This document shows positions 55,362-64,000 of a stretch of DNA of 64,000 nt, piece after piece (the first letter of the stretch is position 1; each line of letters opens with the position of its first letter). The translations under genes were made by a program, and so were the position numbers. The stretch is from an uncultured Actinomycetota bacterium. Lineage in GTDB: Bacteria > Actinomycetota > Actinomycetes > Mycobacteriales > Mycobacteriaceae. The notes beneath the pieces were generated by a model, which did not search any database, was not told where the DNA came from, and saw nothing but the letters and a program-made list of their open reading frames with translations. The stretch covers positions 23,619 to 87,618 of the forward strand of contig CAWHIZ010000036.1 of the NCBI GenBank assembly GCA_963829405.1, read 5' to 3'.

Positions 55362-56842
55362 GTGACGGCACGTGTGGCGATCATCGGCGCGGGCTTCAGC
55401 GGAATCGCGGCAGCCGTGGCGCTGCGGCAACAAGGGGATCGAGGACTTCGTCATCTTCGAAAAGGCGCGGGCATCGGCGGAACGTGGTGGCACAACCGCT
55501 ACCCGGGCGCCGAAGTCGACCTGGAGTCACACATCTACTCCTTCTCATTCGAGCGCCGCGACTGGTCCCGCACCCACGCCGGACTGGCGCGAGCTGCTAG
55601 GACTACCTCGAGCGACGTCGCCGACAAGTGGGATCTCCCTCGCCGGGTGCGGTTCAACGAGGCGGTCCAGGACGTCTGGTGGTCTGACGACGATCAGACC
55701 TATACCATCGTGACCACGAGTTCCGGCGAATCGATCACGGCGCAGTTCACGGCCGTCATCAGCGCGGTGGGATTTCTGAACATCCCGGTGGTGCCGCCAT
55801 TCGCCCGTTGACGATCAACGACTATCGAAGGGGCGATGTGCCACACCTCCGCGGTGGATCGACGGGCTGGACATGGCAGGCAAAGTCCGTCGGCGTCGTC
55901 GGTACCGGCTCCTCCGCAGTCCAGGTGGTCACCGAAGCGGAGAAAATCGCTTCCGAGGTGAAGATCTTTCAGCTCGAACCAAACTGGATCATGCCGAAGA
56001 AGAGCCGCGACTTCACACGCTGCCGAACGCAGGCTCAACAGCAACTCCGCTCGCCTACGCATGGCGTCGATATCGACTGCTCTACTTCGATTACGACCGA
56101 CGCCAGATCCGCTCGAGCCACGCCCGCAAGCGACGGTCGGGTCAACAAGCGTCGCCATAGCGCAGCGCACTGGCTTTCCTGCGCCGCGAACTCGATTCAC
56201 GGCCCGATCTCATCGAATTGGTGACGCCTGAAGTTCGCGTTCGAGGGCAAGCAGGACGGTGGTGAGCGACACCTACTACGCGTCGCTGCTGCAAGCCCGG
56301 CGTGACGCTGGTGCCACACGGAGTCAAGGGGCTGACCCGGACGGGTGCCGTCGACGCCAACGGTGACGAGCACAACTTCGACGTCATCGTGATGGCAACA
56401 GGATTCGATGCCGCCAACTACCTGGGCAACTACGAGATCCACGGGCGGGGCGGCGTTGAACTGCACAGTACATGGAATGGAGAGCCCGAGGCGTTCCTCG
56501 GCATGATGGTGCCCGGCTTCCCGAACTTCTTCATCATGTACGGGCCCAATACCAATGCGGCTCCGCTTGTGCATTTCTACGAGGCACAGGCCGAGCTTCG
56601 CCGCAGGCACTGATCTCTCGCGCGGCCAAGGCCGGCAAAACGGTGATCGACGTGCGTCGCTCGGCGTTCGTCATCTACAACGACTGGCTTCAGGCACAGC
56701 TCGCCAAGACGGTGTGGAAGACCGCCAACAGTTACTTCCGGGCAGGAACAGGAAAGATCGTGTCGCAGTGGCCTCTTCGGTGCCAACACCGTACATCGTG
56801 TTGACGAAGCTGTTGCGCCGCATCGCTGTCCGACTGACGTGA
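55362..56842 (+). pseudogene. Flavin-containing / Baeyer-Villiger-type monooxygenase, at least six frame changes
   Basis: 'VAIIGAGFSGIAAA' and 'GIGGTWWHNRYPGAEVD' are in ORF 55362..55811. 'VGVVGTGSSAVQV' is in 55808..56224. 'VIVMATGFDA..GFPNFFIMYGPNTN' is in 56302..56613. Further pieces lie in 56472..56804 and 56555..56842. The likely stop overlaps the next start (GTGA at 56839). Confidence 0.65.
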
Positions 56843-57630
56843 GGATGGATGCATTGTCGACCAAACCCGTCATCGCAGTCACGATCAGTGGCCATGACCT
56901 ACGGCGGTTCGTTCACTGGCAGAACATATTCGACGGCCTGCAACAACTCGGTGCGATTGTGCTGGCCGTCGAGTGCGGCAGCGTGCCGCAGCACATGTCG
57001 TCGACCCTGGAGTATGTCGATGGACTTGTGATCAGTGGCGGCGGCGACGTCGACCCCACACTGTACGGCGCCGACCGGCGCGATCCGTTGGCGAAGGGAA
57101 TCAACACAGTACGAGACGGCAACGAGATCGCGGCATTCGAGTCTGCCTGGCGGCGAGGGATACCGACGCTGGCGGTCTGCCGCGGAGCGCAACTGGTCAA
57201 CGCCGCACGCGGCGGGACTCTCTACGTCGATCTGGACCGTGATCACCCGTCGAACGTCGACCACCGACGCACCGAGGAAGACTTGATACACGTCAGCCAC
57301 CGTGTCGACGTGGTTCCCGGCAGTCGGGTTGCCGGGTGGCTAGGCCAGGACGGCCCGATTTCGGTGAACAGCCAGCACCATCAGGGTATTCGTGAGCTTG
57401 CGCCAGGGTTCGTCGCAACTGCCGTCGCCGATGACGGACTGATCGAAGCGTATGAAGCGACGGACCAGGCCGTGACAGGCGTGCAGTGGCACCCCGAGGT
57501 GAACTGGCAGCACGACGAACTGGCGAAGCGACTGCTGAGCGGATTCATCGAGTCGTGCCGCCCGCCAGAAGTCCGGGACGTTTCGACGGAGAACCCGCTG
57601 GCTCAGCTCACACCGATACGGGCGACTTAG
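56839..57630 (+). CDS. Gamma-glutamyl-gamma-aminobutyrate hydrolase-family protein (PuuD-like, peptidase C26 class I amidotransferase)
   Basis: Intact 263-aa ORF (GTG 56839 or ATG 56845) with nucleophile '[10 protein letters not shown]', 'NSQHHQGI' and 'VQWHPE'. Confidence 0.8.
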   Translation: MRMDALSTKPVIAVTISGHDLRRFVHWQNIFDGLQQLGAIVLAVECGSVPQHMSSTLEYVDGLVISGGGDVDPTLYGADRRDPLAKGINTVRDGNEIAAFESAWRRGIPTLAVCRGAQLVNAARGGTLYVDLDRDHPSNVDHRRTEEDLIHVSHRVDVVPGSRVAGWLGQDGPISVNSQHHQGIRELAPGFVATAVADDGLIEAYEATDQAVTGVQWHPEVNWQHDELAKRLLSGFIESCRPPEVRDVSTENPLAQLTPIRAT

Positions 57631-60501
57631 CGTCCGGCGACGGCCACTGGCGACGGCAGGGGCCGCTCGCGCACTCGCATCGGCCACCAGAACCACTTGC
57701 CCATCAGCGCCGCGATGGACGGCATCATGAACGACCGGATCACCAGGGTGTCGAACAGCAGGCCGAGGCCGATCGTGGTGCCCACCTGCCCGATCACCGT
57801 CAGCTCGCTGACCGACATCGAGATCATCGTGAACGCGAAGACCAGGCCGGCCGACGTCACCACCGATCCGGTGCCGCCCATGGCCCGGATGATTCCCGTC
57901 CGGAGCCCGGCATGGATCTCCTCTTTGAAGCGTGACACCAACAGCAGGTTGTAGTCCGCGCCGACGGCCAACAGGATGATGACCGACATCGCCAGCACCA
58001 TCCAGTGCAGTTCGATGCCGAGCAGGTGCTGCCAGATCAGCACGGACAGGCCGAACGAGGCGCCGAGCGACAGCACCACCGTGCCGACGATCACCGCCGA
58101 CGCCACGATGGCGCGCGTGATCAGCAACATGATGATGAAGATCAGCGCCAGTGCGGCAACGGCGGCGATGACGAGGTCGTAGGTGTTGCCGTCGGCCAGG
58201 TCCTTGTAGGTGGCGGCGGTGCCGCCCAGATAGACGGTCGAACCCTCCAGCGGCGTGCCCTTGATGGCTTCCTTGGCGGCCTTCTTGATCGCGTCGATCC
58301 TCGCGATGCCCTCTGGGGACAGGGGATCGCCGTCGTGGCTGATGATGAAGCGCACGGCGTGGCCGTCGGGCGAAAGGAACTGTTCCATACCGCGTTTGAA
58401 GTCGGGGTTGTCGAACACCTCAGGCGGCAGATAGAACGAGTCGTCGTTCATCGACGCGTCGAACGCCTCGCCCATGGCCGACGAATTGTCCTGCGCCGCG
58501 GCCATCTGATCCTGCATGCCCTTCTGCGAGGCATACATCGTCAGCATCATCGTCTTCATGTTCTTCATGGTCGTGATCATCTCGGGCATCATCGCGACCA
58601 TCTGCGGCATAAGGGAATCCAGCCGTTCCATCTCCGGGATCAGCTGCTGGATGTCGTCGGTCATCACGTCGATGCCGTCGAGAGTGTCGAAGATGGCCCG
58701 GATCGAGTGGCATACCGGGATGTCGTAGCAGTGCGGTTCCCAGTAGAAGTAGGCGCGGATCGGTCGGAAGAAATCGTCGAAATCGGCGATGTTGTCCCGT
58801 AATTCGGCCACATCGGCGGTCATGTCCTTCATCTTGACCACCATGTTGTGCGTGGTGTCGGCCATCTCCGCGGTGAGGTTGGACATCCGCGTCATGGTGT
58901 CGATGGTGTTCTGCATCTCGTCGGCCTGCACCAGCATGTCGGCCATCCGGTCCTGCATGTACTTCTGGTTCAGCTGCTGCGTGGTGCCCTGCATGCTGAT
59001 CTGGAACGGAATCGAGGTGTGCTCGATCGGTTTACCGTCGGGCCGGGTGATCGCCTGCACCCTGGAGATGCCTTCGACACGGAAGATCGACTTGGCGATC
59101 TTGTCGATCACCAGGAAGTCGGACGAATTGCGCAGGTCGTGGTCGCTTTCGACCATCAGCAGTTCGGGATTCATCCGCGCAGGGGAGAAGTGCCGGTCGG
59201 CCGCCGCGTAACCCTCGTTGGCCGGTAGGTCGGTGGGCAGGTAGCTGCGGTCGTTGTAGTTGGTCTTGTAGCCGGGCAGGGTCAGCAGCCCGATGAGCGA
59301 CAGCGCGATCGTCGCGACCAGAATCGCACCGGGCCACCGCACGACCATGGCGCCGACCTTGCGCCAGCCGCGGGTCCGCATCGCCCGCTTGGGTTCGAGT
59401 GTCTTTCCGAACCGGCTTGCCACGGAGATGATCGCGGGCCCGAGCGTCAAGGCGGCGATCACCGTGATGAACATGCCGATCGCCAGCGGGACACCCATGG
59501 TCTGGAAGTACGGAAGCCTGGTGAAGCTCAGGCAGAAGACCGCGCCGGCGATGGTCAGGCCGGAGCCGAGGACCACATGCGCGGTGCCCCGAAACATGGT
59601 GTAGTACGCCTGTTCTCGGTCTTCGCCGACCGAACGCGCCTCCTGATATCGGCCGATCAGGAAGATGGCGTAGTCGGTGGCGGCGGCGATCGCCAGCGTC
59701 ACCAAGAGGTTGGTGGCGAACGTGGAGAGCCCGATGATCTCGTGATAGCCGAGGAACGACACCAGGCCGCGCGCCGCGGCCAATTCGAGGACCACCATCA
59801 CCAGCACGAGCAGCACCGTGACGATCGACCGGTAGACCAGCAAGCAACATCATGATGATGACGGTGAAGGTCACCGCCTCGATCAGCTGCATGCTGCGGT
59901 CGCCCGCGATGTGCTGGTCGGCCGCCAGCGCCGCGGGACCGGTCACATATGCCTTGACGCCCGGCGGCGGCTGCAGTCCTTCGACGATCTTCTGCACGGA
60001 CTCGACCGACTCGTTGGCCAGCGCCTCGCCCTGGTTACCGGCCAGCTTGACCTGGACGTACGCCGATTTGCCGTCGTTGCTCTGCGCTCCGGTGGCGGTC
60101 AGCGGATCGCCCCAGAAGTCCTGCACCGACTGCACGTGCGCGTTGTCGGCTTCGAGCTTCTTGATCATCTCGTCGTAGAAGGCGTGAGTCTCGTCGCCGA
60201 GTGACTCCTGGCCCTCGAGCACGACCATCACCGAGCTGTCGGAGTCGCCTTCGTCGAAGAGTTCGCCGACCTTCTTCATCGAGATCATCGACGGTGCGTC
60301 GTTGGGGCTCATCGACACAGCGCGCATCTGGCCGACCGTCTCCAGCTGGGGAACGATGATGTTGGCGACGGCGATGATCGCGATCCAGCCGAGAATGATG
60401 GGCACCGCGAGGGTGCGGATCAGCCGCGGAACCAGCGGCCGCGCAGCATGTCTCGCGGGAGGGAAGGCGTCGGTGGGTGCCTCGGCGGCGTGCGCACTCA
60501 T
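57627..60501 (-). pseudogene. mmpL: MmpL-family RND-type membrane transporter, one frame change
   Basis: The N-terminal 220 aa are in ORF 59032..60501 up to '..[10 protein letters not shown]'. The rest ('[14 protein letters not shown]..' through the second TM bundle) is in ORF 57627..59843. One extra base lies at about 59846. Length is 3n+1. Confidence 0.85.
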
Positions 60502-60941
60502 GCGGACTTCACAAAGCAGAAGGTCTGGGCGTTCAAGCCGTCGGACGTCCTCTCGTCTTTGACTTCGTCATCGACCGTGATCCGGCAGGTGATCGAGCCG
60601 CCGTCACCCTGGGCGACGATGTTCGGCGCGGCCGACGGTGCCGTCGTCTGCAACGTCAGTGACCACGGCAGCGGCATGGCGTCCGCCCGCTGAGGTTTGG
60701 CGTCGAGGTCGAGGTAGTTGACGTCGGCATAGGTCCCGGTGCCGAAGATCTCGTAGGTGACCACCTTCGGGTCGAACGGTTTGGGGTCGTCGGCGAAGTT
60801 GCGCGGGGTGACGGTGACGCCATCGGCGCCGAAGAATGTGCGGACCCGGCCCACGGTCATGCCCGCGATGACGAGAACCACCACGATCAGCAGCGGTAAC
60901 CAGGCCTTCTTGAGGAAGGTCAGTGGCGCATTGCCGCTCAT
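60498..60941 (-). CDS. mmpS: MmpS-family membrane protein
   Basis: Intact 147-aa ORF with a single N-terminal TM segment and a conserved C-terminal domain ('..[11 protein letters not shown]..'). Its stop overlaps the mmpL start (ATGA). Confidence 0.85.
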   Translation of the reverse strand: MSGNAPLTFLKKAWLPLLIVVVLVIAGMTVGRVRTFFGADGVTVTPRNFADDPKPFDPKVVTYEIFGTGTYADVNYLDLDAKPQRADAMPLPWSLTLQTTAPSAAPNIVAQGDGGSITCRITVDDEVKDERTSDGLNAQTFCFVKSA

Positions 60942-61015
60942 CAGCCCCTGCCCTTCCGCCGTAACCGCGCGTCTCCGGAAACTTATACGGTCGGCTAAGT
61001 AAGGACAAGCCGTAT

Positions 61016-61033
61016 GGCTAAGGTCACTTAGCC
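61016..61033. promoter_or_regulatory. Inverted repeat GGCTAAG-gtca-CTTAGCC (candidate TetR operator)
   Basis: Perfect 7-bp arms in the mmpS / TetR divergent region. Extra half-sites are GGCTAAG at 60993-60999 and GGCTAGG at 61059-61065. Confidence 0.45.
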
Positions 61034-61154
61034 GAGAGGATTGTTATCTCGGCCACACGGCTAGGTTCCGCGCAGGCGGTCGAGCCGAGCGTGTCTAGGA
61101 TCGGGACCCACAAAAGGGGGTACGGTCAGCTGGTCTAGGCAAGAGGGGACGCAC

Positions 61155-62006
61155 GTGACGAAGGTGGCATCGCCCCGCGGCGTGGTCCGCGAGCGCGTGC
61201 TACAGGCGGCCCTCGAGCTCTTCGCCGAGTACGGCGTCAGCGGGACCTCCCTGCAGATGATCGCCGATCGGGTGGGCGTCGCCAAGGCCTCGGTCTACTA
61301 CCAGTTCCACACCAAAGAGGACATCGTGCTGACGTTGATCAGCCCGGTGTTCGACGACATCGCCCGGCTGGTCAAGATCGCCGAAGCGGTCGGTTCGGAC
61401 GAGGCAAGGCGCGACGTCGCGATCAGCGGGCTCGTCGAGCTCGCCGTCCGCAACCGCAGCCTCACCACGGTGTTCTTCGGCGATCCCGTGATCGATCCGC
61501 TCGTTCGGTCCCACGACGAATTCGCCGCGGCCATCGAAGGATTCGACGCCCTGCTGGCCGGTCCCGCACCCGACGACGCGGCGCGGGTGGCGATGTCGGT
61601 CATCACGGCCGGAATCTACGGCACGGCGATCAACCCGCAGCTGGTCGACGTGTCCGACGACGATCTGCACCGGTTGCTGTTGAAGACGACGAAGTGCCTT
61701 TTGGCGGCGCTATCGACCTCGAGCCTGATCCGCCACCGCGCGAAGCCGGCGAAGAGGACGGTCAGCACTCCCAACATGGCCATGTTGAAGAGCCATGTCG
61801 ACGCGGTGTGCTGCCAATGCGCATCGTTCGCGATTCCGGCGACGAGGTTGGTCAGATCGGCCGTGGATGCGGTGGCAGCGAAACCCCACCGCCCTGGCGT
61901 GAGCCAGGCGATCGTCTCGAACAGCGGCCGGTCCGTCACCGGGATGAACCCGCCTGCGAGCACCAGTTGCGCCATCAGCGTCATCGCCAACAGCACGATG
62001 ACCTGA
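61155..62006 (+). CDS. TetR-family transcriptional regulator (3' end doubtful)
   Basis: GTG 61155. HTH 'GTSLQMIADRVGVAKASVYYQFHTKEDI'. Sensible TetR-like text runs to about 61700. The remaining ~100 codons up to the first stop (62006) look like antisense read-through of the ABC gene, so a missed frame change near 61700 is suspected. Confidence 0.65.
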   Translation: MTKVASPRGVVRERVLQAALELFAEYGVSGTSLQMIADRVGVAKASVYYQFHTKEDIVLTLISPVFDDIARLVKIAEAVGSDEARRDVAISGLVELAVRNRSLTTVFFGDPVIDPLVRSHDEFAAAIEGFDALLAGPAPDDAARVAMSVITAGIYGTAINPQLVDVSDDDLHRLLLKTTKCLLAALSTSSLIRHRAKPAKRTVSTPNMAMLKSHVDAVCCQCASFAIPATRLVRSAVDAVAAKPHRPGVSQAIVSNSGRSVTGMNPPASTSCAISVIANSTMT

Positions 62007-63481
62007 TCGCCGGTCCGTGCCAACGCCGAAACCGCAAGTCCCAGTACGGCTGCGGCCACACCCGTCGCTGCGACACCGACGAACAACTCCAACATCGGGC
62101 TGCTCAGTACCGCCGCACCCGCAGGCGCAGGCTTGCCGATTGCGGGCGCGGTGACGACCAGAACGAGGATCGCCGACTGGATGGCCGCGACCGTGCCGAA
62201 CACCGCGATCTTCGCCAACAGGTATGCCGAGGCCGACAAGCCCGCCGCCTGCTCACGACGGAAGATGCCACGTTCGCCGACGAGGTCACGCACGGTCAGC
62301 GTGGTTCCCATCAGGATTGCGGCGAAGCTCGTCAGCGCGATGAGGTGCTTCGGCTCAAACGGCGCGGAGCCGTCCGACGGGGGATGGCCGAAGCCGGCCT
62401 GGCCGGCCACGGTCAGAGGCAGCAGACCGACGATGAACGGCAGCACCGCGAGGAACACCACGTAGCCACGGTCGGCCAGAAGGAGCCGTACCTGGCGGCG
62501 TGCGATCGTCGATATCTGTCGCCGTACACCGGGACGTGCCGGTGTAGCTGTCTGCACCGGCTGATCCGAAGTAATTCGAGCATGCGGGTAACCGGCCTGC
62601 GATGCTCTGCCTGCGAGGAACCGCCGCGCAACGCCGTCGGGATCGGCGCAGACGATGCTGAAGATGTCGGCCCAGTCGGTGGCCCCGATAGCCGACTGGA
62701 GCCGATGAGGCGGTCCGCAGAATGCGGTCTTGCCGCCGGGTGCAAGCAGCAGCACCTGATCGCACGTGTCCAGGAGCGTCAACGAATGCGTCACCACCAC
62801 GACGACGCGGCCCGCGTCGGCGAGCTTGCGCAGCATCGCCATCACGCTCCGGTCGAGCGCGGGGTCCAGGCCCGTCGTCGGCTCGTCGAGCACGAGAAGC
62901 GACGGAGAGGTCAACAGTTCCAACGCGACCGACACGCGTTTGCGCTGCCCGCCGGACAAGTTGTCGATGCGCGTCGAGGCGTGCGGCGTCAACTCGAGTT
63001 CGTCGAGCACCGCGGCGATCACCTGCCTGCGGTCGCTCGCGGTGGTGTCGGCGGGCATCCGAAGTTCCGCTGCGAATTCCAGTTCCTGCGCGACGGTGAG
63101 CCGGCCGTGCACGACATCGTCTTGGGGCACCATGCCGATCCGATCGCGCAACGACGCGTACCCGCTGTGCAGATCGCGCCCCTCGAACGACACCGCGCCA
63201 CCGGTCGGCCGCCCGGCACCGACGATCAGCTTGGCGAGCGTGGACTTGCCCGCGCCAGAAGGGCCGATCACCGCTGTCAACGTGCCCGGCCGGGCGGTGA
63301 ACGAAATCCGATCCAGCAGAACGGTATTTCGCTCGGTCGCGAAGCTCACGTCGCGTACCTCGAGACCGCCGGTCGTCGCACGGGGCACGACGATGTCGTC
63401 GACCGCGGGAGCGGACCGCCACCGCACGCGAGTACAGGCGGCGGGCATCGTGGCTGTTGAGGAAATGGTCATCGTGATCAC
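61616..63481 (-). CDS. Fused ABC transporter (N-terminal ATPase + C-terminal ABC-2 type permease)
   Basis: Walker A 'GPSGAGKST', signature 'LSGGQRKR' and Walker B 'LLVLDEPT' are followed by about six TM segments. The start is GTG 63481 or ATG 63472. The last ~35 codons overlap the TetR gene and look non-native. Confidence 0.8.
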   Translation of the reverse strand: MITMTISSTATMPAACTRVRWRSAPAVDDIVVPRATTGGLEVRDVSFATERNTVLLDRISFTARPGTLTAVIGPSGAGKSTLAKLIVGAGRPTGGAVSFEGRDLHSGYASLRDRIGMVPQDDVVHGRLTVAQELEFAAELRMPADTTASDRRQVIAAVLDELELTPHASTRIDNLSGGQRKRVSVALELLTSPSLLVLDEPTTGLDPALDRSVMAMLRKLADAGRVVVVVTHSLTLLDTCDQVLLLAPGGKTAFCGPPHRLQSAIGATDWADIFSIVCADPDGVARRFLAGRASQAGYPHARITSDQPVQTATPARPGVRRQISTIARRQVRLLLADRGYVVFLAVLPFIVGLLPLTVAGQAGFGHPPSDGSAPFEPKHLIALTSFAAILMGTTLTVRDLVGERGIFRREQAAGLSASAYLLAKIAVFGTVAAIQSAILVLVVTAPAIGKPAPAGAAVLSSPMLELFVGVAATGVAAAVLGLAVSALARTGDQVIVLLAMTLMAQLVLAGGFIPVTDRPLFETIAWLTPGRWGFAATASTADLTNLVAGIANDAHWQHTASTWLFNMAMLGVLTVLFAGFARWRIRLEVDSAAKRHFVVFNSNRCRSSSDTSTSCGLIAVP

Positions 63482-64000
63482 CTATCCGAGGACGTAGGCC
63501 AGCGGGAGGACGGGTAGCAACGAGTCGATCCGGTCGAGCAGACCACCGAAGCCCGGGAGCCAGTCGCCGGCATCTTTGACCTGCGCCCGCCGCTTGAACA
63601 TCGACTCGAGGAGGTCACCGAAGAGACCGCCGATAGAGACGGCGACGAGCAGTCCGATCGACATCGTGCCAAGCAACGTGAGGATCACGAACGCCCCGAT
63701 GATCGCGCCGACCATCCCGCCGACGGTCTTGTTGGGGCTCAACGGGGACAGCGGCCTGCGCGCCCAACCCATGCGGCGCAACCCCTTTCCGCCGCACCAG
63801 GCGGCGACATCTGTGGCCGCGACGGCGAAGCTCAGCAGAAAGCTTTCGGGCCATATCATCACGAGATGTGACAGCGACCAGCAGATCCACACCGATCCGA
63901 ATGCGGTGAAAGCTGTTCGCCTTGGCCCGTTTTCAACGTCACCTTCGAGAATCGAAGGCAGCGCACACAGCAGCAGGACAATCGGCGCGAGCTGCAGCAG
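63482..64000 (-). CDS. CDP-diglyceride synthetase-family (CdsA-like, CTP_transf_1) membrane protein, 5' end outside the window
   Basis: C-terminal signature 'SMFKRRAQVKDAGDWLPGFGGLLDRIDS'. The frame stays open from 63892 up to base 64000, so the gene is partial. Stop TAG 63482-63484 directly abuts the ABC gene start. Confidence 0.7.
   Translation of the reverse strand: MLQLAPIVLLLCALPSILEGDVENGPRRTAFTAFGSVWICWSLSHLVMIWPESFLLSFAVAATDVAAWCGGKGLRRMGWARRPLSPLSPNKTVGGMVGAIIGAFVILTLLGTMSIGLLVAVSIGGLFGDLLESMFKRRAQVKDAGDWLPGFGGLLDRIDSLLPVLPLAYVLG

Overview
High-GC actinobacterial segment (GC judged by eye). It looks Mycobacteriaceae-like: MmpS/MmpL pair, mycothiol-type formaldehyde dehydrogenase, WS/DGAT, REP13E12-type DUF222/HNH element. 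I call about 56 protein-coding loci and saw no rRNA, tRNA or CRISPR. Layout: (i) 1-3.7 kb: allantoin permease, allantoinase, ureidoglycine aminohydrolase. (ii) 3.9-27.2 kb: a glycine betaine -> dimethylglycine -> sarcosine -> glycine -> serine -> pyruvate catabolic island. It holds a BCCT transporter, a three-component Rieske oxygenase, dimethylglycine oxidase, a StcD/DgcA-like flavoprotein, soxBDAG, glyA, sdaA, purU, a mycothiol-dependent formaldehyde dehydrogenase, three paralogous GntR regulators and one IclR. Its intergenic regions share an AT-rich palindrome. (iii) 27-43.6 kb: ppdK, a HAMP adenylate cyclase, hydrolases, SDRs, WS/DGAT, an HNH element flanked by 25-bp direct repeats, an orphan solute-binding lipoprotein and a TetR. 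(iv) 43.7-57.6 kb: a putative gamma-glutamylation-type amine catabolic cluster (APC permease, two glutamine-synthetase-like genes, PuuD-like hydrolase, FMO, DUF1116, four SDRs, esterase, GntR). Nearly every gene here is broken by frame changes, and three promoter regions share a 19-bp AT-rich motif. (v) 57.6-64 kb: mmpL-mmpS, TetR, a fused ABC transporter and a CdsA-like gene that runs off the window. About half of all genes carry at least one reading-frame break. The sequence alone cannot decide between consensus/assembly error and genome decay. All family calls come from motif recognition by eye; no database search was run.
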